DNA from: Vulcanimicrobiota bacterium
Lineage (GTDB): Bacteria; Vulcanimicrobiota; Vulcanimicrobiia; Vulcanimicrobiales; Vulcanimicrobiaceae
DNA length: 34,344 bases
Reading direction: 5' to 3'
Assembly (NCBI GenBank): GCA_003135555.1
Contig: PLCF01000018.1
Location: 19,245 to 53,588 of the forward strand
The notes beneath the pieces were generated by a model. The model worked only from the letters and a program-made list of their open reading frames with translations. It was not told the DNA's origin and did not search any database. Below, in pieces: positions 7,520 to 16,948 of the stretch. The translations under genes were made by a program, and so were the position numbers. The number at the start of each line of letters is the position of its first letter. The stretch's first letter is position 1.

Positions 7520-9229
7520 GTGGCCAAGATGATCGATCGCGCGTCGGGACTGGGACCCGGCCTCACCCCGGAGTACGGCGAGCTCGTCGAGCGCTGGGAC
7601 GCCAAGGCCGGCCGGACGCCGCCTCGCAGCGGCAAAGGCTCGGGGGCCGTCGACCGCACGATCTCGGACCTGCCGCTCAAGACCCTCTACGGCCCGGCCG
7701 ACGTCGCGCAGCTCGACCTGGCCGCCGATTTGGGCGTACCGGGCGAATTTCCGTACACGCGCGGGATCCATCCGACGATGTATCGTTCGCGGCTGTGGAC
7801 GATGCGCCAGTTCGCGGGCTTCGGCAACGCCAAACAAACCAACGAGCGCTATCACTTCCTGCTCTCGCAAGGTCAGATGGGGCTCTCGGTCGCGTTCGAC
7901 ATGCCTACCCTGATGGGTTACGACTCCGACAGCCCCAAAGCGCTGGGCGAGGTCGGCAAGTGCGGCGTCGCCATCGACAGCGTGCGCGACATGGAGACGC
8001 TCTTCGACGGCATCGACTTGGGCGCGATCACGACCTCGATGACGATCAACGGCCCCGCCGCGATCGCACTCGCGCAGTACATCGTGACGGCCGAGAACAA
8101 AGGCATCCCGCGGGCTCGGCTCGGCGGCACGCTGCAAGCCGACATCCTCAAAGAGTACATCGCGCAGAAAGAGTGGATCTTTCCGCCCCGCCCGCACGTC
8201 CGCATCATCGTCGACATGATGGAGTTCTGCACGCGCGAGATGCCCAAGTGGAACACCATCTCCGTGTCGGGCTACCATATCCGCGAAGCGGGGTCGACCG
8301 CGGCGCAAGAGTTGGCGTTCACCCTAGCCGACGGTTTTGCGTACGTCGAAGCCGCGGTCGCGCGCGGGATGGACGTCGACGATTTCGCGCCGCGTCTGTC
8401 GTACTTTTTCAACAGCCACATCGACTTCTTCGAGGAGATCGCCAAGTTCCGGGCGGCCCGGCGGATCTATGCACGGCGCATGCGCGACGTGTTCGGGGCC
8501 AAGGACCCGCGCTCGTGGCAGCTGCGCTTCCACACCCAGACCGCCGGCTGCAGCGCGACGGCCCAGCAGCCCGAGAACAACATCGTGCGCGTCGCCTACG
8601 AAGCGATGGCGGCAGCGTTGGGCGGAACCCAGTCGCTGCACACCAACTCGATGGACGAAGTGATGGCGCTGCCCACGGAGAAGTCGGTGGAGATCGCGCT
8701 GCGCACCCAGCAGGTGCTCGCGTACGAGACCAACGTCACCAACGTCGTCGACCCGCTGGGCGGCTCGTATTTCGTCGAGGCGCTGACCGACGAGATGGAA
8801 CGCCAGGTCGAGGAGTACTTCGCGCACATCGCCGAGTTCGGCGGGATGGTCGAAGCCGTCGAGGCCGGCTATCCGCAGCGGGAGATCGCCGATGCTTCCT
8901 ATCGGTACCAGCGGTCGATCGAGTCCGGCGAGCGGATCATCGTCGGCGTCAACGCGTTCGAGCGTCCCGACGAGACGCCGTCGGCGGACCTGCTCAAGAT
9001 CGGTGCCGAGATCGAACGCGGTCAAGCGCGCGCGGTGCAGGACGTTCGGGCGAGCCGCGACGGCGCCGCCGTCGAGGTGTCGCTCGCCGCGCTCAAGCGC
9101 GCCTGCGCCGGCGACGCCAACGTCATGCCGCCGTTGATCGAGTGCGTCAAAGCGGTCTGCACCGAAGGTGAGATCATCGACGCAATGGTCAGCGTCTACG
9201 GCCGCTACACGGAAACCTCAGTATTTTGA
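7520..9229 (+). CDS. icmA: B12-dependent acyl-CoA mutase large (substrate-binding) subunit, isobutyryl-CoA mutase type
   Basis: [57 protein letters not shown] and DPLGGSY. F in RQFAGF and Q in EYIAQKEW are the ICM rather than MCM residues. Confidence 0.85.
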   Translation: MAKMIDRASGLGPGLTPEYGELVERWDAKAGRTPPRSGKGSGAVDRTISDLPLKTLYGPADVAQLDLAADLGVPGEFPYTRGIHPTMYRSRLWTMRQFAGFGNAKQTNERYHFLLSQGQMGLSVAFDMPTLMGYDSDSPKALGEVGKCGVAIDSVRDMETLFDGIDLGAITTSMTINGPAAIALAQYIVTAENKGIPRARLGGTLQADILKEYIAQKEWIFPPRPHVRIIVDMMEFCTREMPKWNTISVSGYHIREAGSTAAQELAFTLADGFAYVEAAVARGMDVDDFAPRLSYFFNSHIDFFEEIAKFRAARRIYARRMRDVFGAKDPRSWQLRFHTQTAGCSATAQQPENNIVRVAYEAMAAALGGTQSLHTNSMDEVMALPTEKSVEIALRTQQVLAYETNVTNVVDPLGGSYFVEALTDEMERQVEEYFAHIAEFGGMVEAVEAGYPQREIADASYRYQRSIESGERIIVGVNAFERPDETPSADLLKIGAEIERGQARAVQDVRASRDGAAVEVSLAALKRACAGDANVMPPLIECVKAVCTEGEIIDAMVSVYGRYTETSVF

Positions 9230-9660
9230 CCGCCAACACTACCGCTAGGCTCCGGCCCTTGCGCGTAATCGTTGCGAAGGCCGGGCTCGATGGCCACGAC
9301 CGCGGGGCGAAAGTCATCGCTCGCGCGCTGCGTGACGCGGGGATGGAAGTGATCTACACCGGGCTGTTCCAGACACCCGAGCAGATCGTGCAGACCGCGA
9401 TCCAAGAGGACGCCGACGGGATCGGCCTGTCGATCCTCTCGGGTGCGCACATGACCTTGTTCCCGCTCGTCGTCGAGCAGCTCAAGGCGCAGGACGCCGG
9501 AGACATCGTCTTCTTCGGCGGCGGCACGATCCCGGCCGACGACGCCGCGGAGCTCAAACGGCTCGGCGTGCGCGCGATCTTCACGCCCGGCGCGCCGCTG
9601 TCCGAGATCATCGCCTTCGTCGAACGCGAGTGCGGCAAACGACGCGAACTTGTCGGTTAG
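9226..9660 (+). CDS. icmB: Acyl-CoA mutase small cobalamin-binding subunit
   Basis: [28 protein letters not shown] (DxHxxG), SILSGAH and GGGTIP. The TTG start overlaps the large-subunit stop. Confidence 0.88.
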   Translation: MTANTTARLRPLRVIVAKAGLDGHDRGAKVIARALRDAGMEVIYTGLFQTPEQIVQTAIQEDADGIGLSILSGAHMTLFPLVVEQLKAQDAGDIVFFGGGTIPADDAAELKRLGVRAIFTPGAPLSEIIAFVERECGKRRELVG

Positions 9661-9783
9661 GATCAGCAGTATGGTGATGGACCGAGCGCAGCAGCATCTC
9701 GCGCTGTCCAGTATGGTGTTGCGAGGTCGGACCGGGGGCCCCGCGCGAAGCGCGGGGGGCGCGCAGCGAGAGCGGAGCGCCGT

Positions 9784-11280
9784 ATGACCGTGCGCACGCG
9801 CGTCGCACCGTCTCCGACGGGCGATCCGCATGTCGGTACGGCGTATGTCGCGCTGGTGAACTACTGTTTCGCCAAGCAGCAGGGCGGCGATTTTCTGCTC
9901 CGCATCGAGGACACCGACCAGGCGCGCTCGACGCCCGAGTCCGAGCGCGCGATTCTGGCCGCGTTGCGCTGGACCGGTCTGTCGTGGGACGAGGGTCCCG
10001 ACGTCGGCGGACCGCATGGCCCCTACCGCCAGAGCGAACGCAGCGCGATCTACGAACGCTACGCCGCGGAGCTGCTCGCCACGGGCCACGCGTTCCGCTG
10101 CTTTTGCACGCCGCAGCGGCTCGAGGAGATGCGCGCCGCGCAGCGCGCCGCTAAGATTCCGCAGAAATACGACGGGCGCTGCGTCGCGGTCCCCGACGCC
10201 GAATCGGCGGCGCGCGCCGCGGCCGGCGAACCGTTCGTCGTGCGGATGAAGGTGCCGGCCGCGGGCGTGTGCATCGTCGAGGACGTCGCCCGCGGCCCGG
10301 TACCCTTCGAATACGCGACGGTCGACATGCAGGTGCTGCTCAAGTCGGACGGTCTGCCGACCTATCATCTCGCCAACGTCGTCGACGACCACCTCATGGA
10401 GGTCACGCACGTGATCCGCGGTGAGGAGTGGATGTCCTCGGCGCCCAAGCACCTGTTGTTGTACTCGTATTTCGGATGGACGCCGCCGGTGCTCATGCAT
10501 CTGCCGCTGCTGCGCAACCCGGACAAGTCGAAGCTCAGCAAACGCAAGAATCCGACCGGGATCCTGTTCTACGAGCGGATGGGCTATCTGCCCGAAGCGT
10601 TGCTCAACTTTCTGGGTCTGCTGCTCGCCGCGGCGCCCGAGGGTCAGGAGATGTTCGGGCTGCCGGCGCTGATCGAGCGGCTCGACCTGGCGAAGATCTC
10701 CTTGGGCGGCCCGGTCTTCGACATCGCCAAGCTGGACTGGCTCAACGGTCAGTACCTGCGGCATTTGACGCCGGCCGAGCTGATCGACCGCACGGCGTCC
10801 TGGGGTTTCGATCGCGCGCGGATCGACCGCATCGCGGAGCTGGCGCAGTCGCGCGTCGAGCGCTTGAGCGATCTGGTCCCAACCGCGGCGTTTTTGTTCG
10901 CGGGGCGGGTGGCGGTAACGCCTGAGGCGTTCGCGGGGGCCAAGCTCGCCGAGCTCGACGTGCGCAAAGCGCTTGCGCTCGCGATGTGGCGCCTCGACAC
11001 GCAGGCCGTCTTCGACAAGACGACCGTCGAGGTCGTGCTCAAGAGCGTCGGCGAGACGCTGGGCACAAAGTTCCGCGACCTTTCGCGCGTCTACTACGTG
11101 GCGATGACGGGCAGCCCGACCTCGCTGCCGCTCTTCGATTCGATGGAGCTGCTGGGGCGCGATCTGTGCCGCGAGCGCTTCCGCGTCGCGCTCGACGTCC
11201 TGGGCGGCGTGAGCGCCAAAGAACAGAAAGAATGGCAGCGCAGCACGTCGCCCGACGAATCCGATGGAGCGGCGGCGTGA
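9784..11280 (+). CDS. gltX: Glutamate--tRNA ligase
   Basis: RVAPSPTGDPHVGT (HIGH), LRIEDTD, PYRQSER, DDHLMEVTHVIRGEEW and KLSKR (KMSKS). The anticodon-binding domain is present. Confidence 0.97.
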   Translation: MTVRTRVAPSPTGDPHVGTAYVALVNYCFAKQQGGDFLLRIEDTDQARSTPESERAILAALRWTGLSWDEGPDVGGPHGPYRQSERSAIYERYAAELLATGHAFRCFCTPQRLEEMRAAQRAAKIPQKYDGRCVAVPDAESAARAAAGEPFVVRMKVPAAGVCIVEDVARGPVPFEYATVDMQVLLKSDGLPTYHLANVVDDHLMEVTHVIRGEEWMSSAPKHLLLYSYFGWTPPVLMHLPLLRNPDKSKLSKRKNPTGILFYERMGYLPEALLNFLGLLLAAAPEGQEMFGLPALIERLDLAKISLGGPVFDIAKLDWLNGQYLRHLTPAELIDRTASWGFDRARIDRIAELAQSRVERLSDLVPTAAFLFAGRVAVTPEAFAGAKLAELDVRKALALAMWRLDTQAVFDKTTVEVVLKSVGETLGTKFRDLSRVYYVAMTGSPTSLPLFDSMELLGRDLCRERFRVALDVLGGVSAKEQKEWQRSTSPDESDGAAA

Positions 11281-12632
11281 GCGCACGGGCGATCGTCTTG
11301 GCCGCCGGCAAGGGGACGCGCATGAAGTCGGCGCGGCCCAAGGTGCTGCACGAGCTGTGCGGTCGGCCGATGCTGTGGTGGGTGCTCGAAGCGCTTCGGG
11401 CGGCCGGCGTCGACGACGTCGTCGTCGTGACCAACCCGCAGCTCGACCCGCTGCTTGCGTCGTTCGGCGTGCGCACGGCGATCCAATCCGAACAGCTGGG
11501 AACCGGGCACGCAGTGCGCATCGGACTCGATGCGCTCGCGCCGGGCGACGGCTGCGTGGTGGTGGCGTACGCCGACATGCCGCTCGTCGGCGCGTCGTTG
11601 TTCGAGGACGTGCGGGCGGCGCTCGATCCAGACGCGCGGATCGCGCTCGCGCTCGTCACCGCGCGGATGCCGCTGCCCTCGGCCTTCGGCCGCATCCTGC
11701 GCCATCCGAGGAAGGAGCGCGTCGAGCGCATCGTCGAGTCGAAAGACTGCACGCCCAAGCAGCTCGCGATCGACGAGATGAACGCCGGGATCTATGCCTT
11801 CGCCGAACCGGCGTTGCGCGAGGTCATCGCCGGCGTCGGCAACCGCAACGCGCAAGGCGAGTTCTACCTCACCGACACCGTCGCGCTGCTCGCCGGCTCC
11901 GGGCGCCGCGTCGCCGCGGTCTCGGCCGCCGACTACCGCACCGTGCTGGGCGTCAACGACCGCGTCGAGCTGGCCGAGGCGCGCGCCGTGCTCAACCGGC
12001 GCTTGTGTGAGGAGCACATGCGCGCCGGGGTCACGATCGTCGATCCGGCGACGACCTACCTCGAGCCGGAGCTGGTCATCGCCGCCGACGTGACGATCCT
12101 GCCCGGCACCTCGATCTCGGGCCGGACCCGCGTCGGCGCCGGGACGACGATCGGCCCGCGCTGCCGCATCGCCGACGCCGCGATCGGGTCGCGCTGCGAC
12201 ATCCGCGAGAGCGTCGTGCTGGCGACGCGGCTGGGCGACGACGTGCGCGTGGGACCCTTCGCGCATTTGCGGGACGGCAACGTGATCGGCGACCGCGTGC
12301 GGATCGGCAACTTCGTCGAGTTCAAGAAATCCGAGATCGGCGACGACGTCAAGGCCAACCACCTGGCCTATATCGGCGACGCCAGCGTCGGCGCGCGCAC
12401 CAATTACGGTGCGGGCGCGATCACCTGTAACTTCGACGGCGTGAACAAGAACCGCACCGAGATCGGCGCCGACGTCTTCGTCGGAACCAACAGCTCGCTG
12501 GTGGCCCCGGTGACGCTGGGCGACGGGGCGATCACCGGCGCGGGCGCGGTGGTGATCCGCGACGTCGAGCCGGGCGGCAAAGTCGTGGGCAACCCGGCTC
12601 GATCGATCGCGACGAAGCCTACCGAGGCGTAG
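11277..12632 (+). CDS. glmU: Bifunctional UDP-GlcNAc pyrophosphorylase / glucosamine-1-P N-acetyltransferase
   Basis: LAAGKGTRMKS, EQLGTGHA, EFYLTD, GVNDR, GPFAHLR, GNFVE, HLAYIGDA, ITCNFDG and hexapeptide repeats. GTGA overlap with gltX. Confidence 0.96.
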   Translation: MSARAIVLAAGKGTRMKSARPKVLHELCGRPMLWWVLEALRAAGVDDVVVVTNPQLDPLLASFGVRTAIQSEQLGTGHAVRIGLDALAPGDGCVVVAYADMPLVGASLFEDVRAALDPDARIALALVTARMPLPSAFGRILRHPRKERVERIVESKDCTPKQLAIDEMNAGIYAFAEPALREVIAGVGNRNAQGEFYLTDTVALLAGSGRRVAAVSAADYRTVLGVNDRVELAEARAVLNRRLCEEHMRAGVTIVDPATTYLEPELVIAADVTILPGTSISGRTRVGAGTTIGPRCRIADAAIGSRCDIRESVVLATRLGDDVRVGPFAHLRDGNVIGDRVRIGNFVEFKKSEIGDDVKANHLAYIGDASVGARTNYGAGAITCNFDGVNKNRTEIGADVFVGTNSSLVAPVTLGDGAITGAGAVVIRDVEPGGKVVGNPARSIATKPTEA

Positions 12633-12638
12633 CCGCCG

Positions 12639-13964
12639 CTAGTCGTCGTCGGGGACGAGATGCGAGGGCGCACGCTGCGAGGCCGCCCGCAGGACGCTGC
12701 GCGTCAGGCGGATCCCGCTCAACGGCGTGACCGGCTGGTTGTAGTCGAACATGTCGTCGGGCGAATTGGCGCCGGCATCCCGCTGGCCCAGCGTTCCCAG
12801 GCCGAAGGTGTTCTCGATGTAGCGTGTGATGCTGGCGGTCTCGTACTGCACGTGCGAGACGTAGCCGTGCTTCGTGTACGGCGAGACCACGAGCAGCGGC
12901 ACGCGGAATCCCGGGCCGTTTCGGTCGATCTTCGGCGGCGCGACGTGATCGTACCAACCGCCCCAATCGTCCCACGTTACGAAGATCGCGGTGTCCTTCC
13001 AGTACTTGCTACTGCCGATCGCATCGACGATCGAGGTGACCCAGGCCGGGCCGCTCGTCGACGGGAACCGCGCGTGATCGGAGTTAAAGGCATCCGGCGT
13101 CACGAACGAGACGTCGCGCAGCGTACCGTTCGCGATGTCGGTGAGGATGGTCGTCTCCGGGGCGACTTGATTGTTCGTCCAGTCGGCTCCGTAGCGGATG
13201 TGTCTGATGGCGTCGAACGGGGTCCACAGCGAGCCGGCGAGGTCGCCCGGAGCACCGATCTGCGGGGCGTAGTAGGCCCACGTCACGCCTGCGGGATCCA
13301 TACGATCGGCGATCGTCTGATAGTCGAAGCAGGGAGGATTGGAGGATGACGCGATGGTCCCGTCCGCTTGCATCATTTGAACCCACGTGCCGGCCGGAGC
13401 ATCGCACCCCCACGGCAGTGCCGAGGGGACGTTGACGACGTTGGCCGCCTGACCCGCGACAATGTACTGGTGCGCCGTATAGCTCGCGCTGCTGCTGGAC
13501 GCGAACATCCGGTCCGCGAGCGCATACTTCGAAGCGAGGTCAAAGTACGGCTGTGCTTCCGAGCGCGGCACGTAAGCGTACGCAATGTTCGTCTCGTTGC
13601 GCGGGAAGGCGCCGACGTGGTCGAAGCCGTCCATCTTTCCACTGTCCGAGCTCGCCGTGAAGTCTGCGTAGAGGTGATTGGGGTCGAGCCCGTATGCCAT
13701 GGATACCGGCCGCAGCGGGACGCTGCTGCCGTCCGACGCGAGGCCCGACGCGACGGTATCTGCCCCCGGATATCCTTGGAAGAGGTTGTCGAACGAACGG
13801 TTTTCTTGCACGATGACCACGATGTGCTTGATCACGTCGCTCGAGCGCTTGACGGACGTACTCCCGTCCGGGATCAACCCGCTGTGCGTCGTTCCGCCCC
13901 CGCCGCAACCGGCGGCGACGGCAAGGACCAAGACCGCAACCCAACTGCGCGGCGAAACTGTCAT
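12639..13964 (-). CDS. Phosphoesterase (phospholipase C/acid phosphatase AcpA family) lipoprotein, paralog 1
   Basis: Lipobox AAAG-C followed by a Gly run; IKHIVVIVQENRSFDN, GKMDGF, SDH, TWDDWGGWYDHV.PP and GFRVPL.VVSPY. ATG at 13964 is preferred over the 13988 start. Confidence 0.9.
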   Translation of the reverse strand: MTVSPRSWVAVLVLAVAAGCGGGGTTHSGLIPDGSTSVKRSSDVIKHIVVIVQENRSFDNLFQGYPGADTVASGLASDGSSVPLRPVSMAYGLDPNHLYADFTASSDSGKMDGFDHVGAFPRNETNIAYAYVPRSEAQPYFDLASKYALADRMFASSSSASYTAHQYIVAGQAANVVNVPSALPWGCDAPAGTWVQMMQADGTIASSSNPPCFDYQTIADRMDPAGVTWAYYAPQIGAPGDLAGSLWTPFDAIRHIRYGADWTNNQVAPETTILTDIANGTLRDVSFVTPDAFNSDHARFPSTSGPAWVTSIVDAIGSSKYWKDTAIFVTWDDWGGWYDHVAPPKIDRNGPGFRVPLLVVSPYTKHGYVSHVQYETASITRYIENTFGLGTLGQRDAGANSPDDMFDYNQPVTPLSGIRLTRSVLRAASQRAPSHLVPDDD

Positions 13965-14070
13965 ACACCCGTGTTCGACCGGAGGCACGGCGGTCTACAG
14001 GTCGCAAGGGCAAACTCTCATGCGCTAAGGTCCGGCCGAAAACGGCCGATAACGGCCCGTCGACCGCCGC

Positions 14071-15444
14071 TTAATCGTCGGGTGGGGGGCCGATATCGAT
14101 GGCCTGCAAATGGCGGAAGCTCTCGGCCGAACGGCGGCGCGTCGCGATCGACGTGTAGGCATGCGGAGCCGCGTTGAGGTCGAGCGTGTCGGCGATCGAG
14201 GTTGCCGTCGCGTCGGTTTGGCCGAGCGTGCCGAGACCGAACGTATCCTCGATGAAGCGCAGGATGCTGCCGAACTCGTAGGTGGTGTGGCTGACGTAGC
14301 CCGAGCGCGCATAGGGCGACGCGACGATGAGCGGGACGCGGAATCCCATCCCCATGCGGTCGCGGTGCGGCGGTTTGACGTGGTCGTACCAGCCGCCCCA
14401 GTCGTCCCAGACCACGATCAGCGCGGTGTCTTTCCAATACGGGCTGGTGCCCAGGGTGTTGGCGATCGTCGCAACCCAGTCCGGACCGCTGCCGTCGCTC
14501 GCCGAGGCGTGATCGCTCTCGCGGAAGTTCGGAACGACGTAGGACACTTGCGCCAGCCGGTTCTGCTTGATGTCGTCGAGGATCGTGTTCTCCGGGGACA
14601 CGACATGCGACCAATCGGCGCCGAAACGAACGTGTTTGACCGCATCGAACGCGGACCAGATGTCGCCGTTTCGCGTCGCGATCAGCGGTGCGTAGTAGGT
14701 CCATGAAACGTTGCGCGCATCGAGCAAGTCGCCTAGCGTCGGCGTGTCGAGGCACGGCGACATGGGGTTCTGCAGTTTCGGCGTATCGGGTCCGTTCGGT
14801 CCGTCGACGGCGCCGGGATCGTCGTCGGCGAGCCGGTCGGTGAGCGCGGAGGCCGGACCGTCGCAGCCCCAAACGTAGGAGTTGGGGAAAGCCGTCGGGT
14901 TCTCCGACAAACTCAACGCCGTACCCGCGATCAAGTACAGGTGCGCCGGGTAGCTCGGTCCGGAGTTGCTCTGGAACATGCGGTCGCCGAACGTGAACTG
15001 CTGCGCGAGGTCGCGATAGGGCCGCGTCTCGTCGGCGGGGACGTAGCCCAGGCCGTCGGACGGGTTCACCGCCGAACCGCCCCAATTGCCCGTCACGACG
15101 CCGTCGAAGCCGTCCATTTTGCCGTGGTCGTACTGCTTGAGAAAGTTGTAGTGGCTGTGGTCGACGTCGCCGGGCGTTTCGAGCCGAATCGGCCGTAACG
15201 CGACGGTTCCGCGATCCTGCGTCGGCGCCGTGGCGACGGTGTCGGCGCCGGGAAATCCGCCGAAGAGGTTGTCGACCGAGCGGTTTTCCTGGATCACGAC
15301 CACGACGTGGGCGATCTTGCCGCCGGCCGGGGTGATCACCACGGTCGTCGGCGTGACGCCGCTCGTCGTGCCGCCTCCGCCACCGCAGCCGCCCAAAGCG
15401 AGAACGAGGCTGAGGGTCCATCCTACGCTTGCGTGATCCTTCAC
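14071..15444 (-). CDS. Phosphoesterase (phospholipase C/acid phosphatase AcpA family) lipoprotein, paralog 2
   Basis: Lipobox LGG-C plus Gly run; HVVVVIQENRSVDN, GKMDGF, GPSYPAH, ESDH, WDDWGGWYDHV.PP and GFRVPLIV.SPY. Confidence 0.9.
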   Translation of the reverse strand: MKDHASVGWTLSLVLALGGCGGGGGTTSGVTPTTVVITPAGGKIAHVVVVIQENRSVDNLFGGFPGADTVATAPTQDRGTVALRPIRLETPGDVDHSHYNFLKQYDHGKMDGFDGVVTGNWGGSAVNPSDGLGYVPADETRPYRDLAQQFTFGDRMFQSNSGPSYPAHLYLIAGTALSLSENPTAFPNSYVWGCDGPASALTDRLADDDPGAVDGPNGPDTPKLQNPMSPCLDTPTLGDLLDARNVSWTYYAPLIATRNGDIWSAFDAVKHVRFGADWSHVVSPENTILDDIKQNRLAQVSYVVPNFRESDHASASDGSGPDWVATIANTLGTSPYWKDTALIVVWDDWGGWYDHVKPPHRDRMGMGFRVPLIVASPYARSGYVSHTTYEFGSILRFIEDTFGLGTLGQTDATATSIADTLDLNAAPHAYTSIATRRRSAESFRHLQAIDIGPPPDD

Positions 15445-15610
15445 GTCAGACTCGTTCCACCGCCGCCCGCGCGTCTAGTGAGCCTTTTGGGCCCTTTTTC
15501 GGTGAGCCCTCAGGCCTGCCAGGCTCCCCTCCCGCGGAGGAAGCGGTCGACGGCGATCGGGAAACGCGCCGTACCGTCCGTTCTCGGGTGGCGGCCGGAG
15601 GGAGGGTTCC

Positions 15611-16255
15611 GTGGAGCAGTCCGGATTCGATCTCAGCGCGCGCGTCGCGCGGCTGGAGTCCTCGAGCCGTCGCGATCGTGCGATCGTCGTCGCGGTCGCC
15701 GTTCTCGCCCTGGCGACGGCGCAGGTGCCGGCGCCGAGCTCGACGCCCGTCGTCGTGCGCGATGCGACGGGGGTCAGCGCGACGCTGAGCGCCCGGGGAT
15801 TGACGGTCCGCGATGCCGCCGGACACGAGCGCGCCTTCGTGGGAATCGACGTCGACAATCGCCCGTCGGTCGACCTCGGCGACTCGGCGGGGCAGCTGCG
15901 CGAGTCGATGTACCTGCTCAACGAGCTGCCGGTGCTGCGGCAGTTCGATAAAGCCGGAAAGCGGCGCGCCGAGATGCGCCTCGACGCCAGCAACGACGGC
16001 GAGCTGCTGATCAACGACGCGGCCGAGAAGCTGCGGCTCGCGCTCTTCCGCACGAAGGGCGGCGACCCGCAGCTGGGGCTGTACGGTTCGGACGAGAAGT
16101 TGCGAGCGTACTTCTCGACCGATGACGACTCGCCGTACCTGGTGATGCGCGACAACGCCGGAACGACGCGCATCTATGCCGGCGGGTACAAGGACGGCTC
16201 GATCGGCCTCGACATTCGCAACGCGGCCAACGCCATCGTCTGGCGGGCGCCGTGA
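15611..16255 (+). CDS. Hypothetical membrane-anchored/exported beta-repeat protein A
   Basis: GGAGG SD; N-terminal RVARLE..RR, then a hydrophobic segment, then 7 repeats of about 22-23 aa (L-x-h-x-D-x-x-G-x-x-R). Paralog of the next gene. Confidence 0.8.
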   Translation: MEQSGFDLSARVARLESSSRRDRAIVVAVAVLALATAQVPAPSSTPVVVRDATGVSATLSARGLTVRDAAGHERAFVGIDVDNRPSVDLGDSAGQLRESMYLLNELPVLRQFDKAGKRRAEMRLDASNDGELLINDAAEKLRLALFRTKGGDPQLGLYGSDEKLRAYFSTDDDSPYLVMRDNAGTTRIYAGGYKDGSIGLDIRNAANAIVWRAP

Positions 16256-16893
16256 GCGCTGCGGTCCTGGCGGTGCGGATCGCTCGGCTCGAACGCGCCG
16301 CGCGCCGGGACCGCATGGTCGCGCTGGGCGTGCTCGCGATCGTGCTCGCGACGGGCCAGGCCCCCGCGCCTACCGCGGCGCCGCTGACGGTGCGCGCGGA
16401 CTCTGGCGCGCAGGCGACGATCTCCGCCCGCGGGCTGAGCGTCAGCGCGACCACCGGATCCGTGCGCACCGCCTTCGGCTTCGACAAGGATGCGTACCCG
16501 TCGCTCCACCTCTCCGACACGGCGGGACGGATTCGCGAGTCGATGTATCTGCTCGCCGACCGGCCCGTGCTGCGCCAATTCGACGCGGCGGGGAAGCGTC
16601 GCGCCGAGTTGTTCTTGGCATCCGATACGCAGAACGGCGAATTCGTGATCCGCGACGCCAACGACGTCACACGGGTCGCCGTGTTCCAGGGTAGCCAGGG
16701 CTTGCCCGAGATCGCCTTCTACGGCACCGACGGCAAGGTGCGCGGGTATCTGTCGGCCGACGACGACGCGCCGTACCTCGTGATGAAGGACCGCTCCGGC
16801 ACGTCACGCGTCGTCATGGGCTCGTACGCAACGGGCAAGATCGGCATGGATGTCCGCAACGCCGCGGGGACCGCGGTCTGGTCGAAGCCGTAG
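16252..16893 (+). CDS. Hypothetical membrane-anchored/exported beta-repeat protein B
   Basis: GTGA overlap with A. Shares RESMYLL, PVLRQFD.AGKRRAE, DDD.PYLVM.D and D.RNAA..VW..P blocks with A. Confidence 0.8.
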   Translation: MSAAVLAVRIARLERAARRDRMVALGVLAIVLATGQAPAPTAAPLTVRADSGAQATISARGLSVSATTGSVRTAFGFDKDAYPSLHLSDTAGRIRESMYLLADRPVLRQFDAAGKRRAELFLASDTQNGEFVIRDANDVTRVAVFQGSQGLPEIAFYGTDGKVRGYLSADDDAPYLVMKDRSGTSRVVMGSYATGKIGMDVRNAAGTAVWSKP

Positions 16894-16948
16894 CCGCCGC
16901 GCTGACCGCGAGGAGGAGCGTTCCGGCATCGGCCCGGACTTCTGGGCG

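Noticed and set aside
9734..9762. GC-rich inverted repeat CCCCGCGC-GAA-GCGCGGGG before gltX as a terminator
   Set aside because: No U tract on either strand; function cannot be supported.
16894..16948. Possible purine/xanthine riboswitch before puuE
   Set aside because: A 55-nt spacer with one small hairpin (GCCCGGA-CT-TCTGGGC); no recognisable aptamer consensus.
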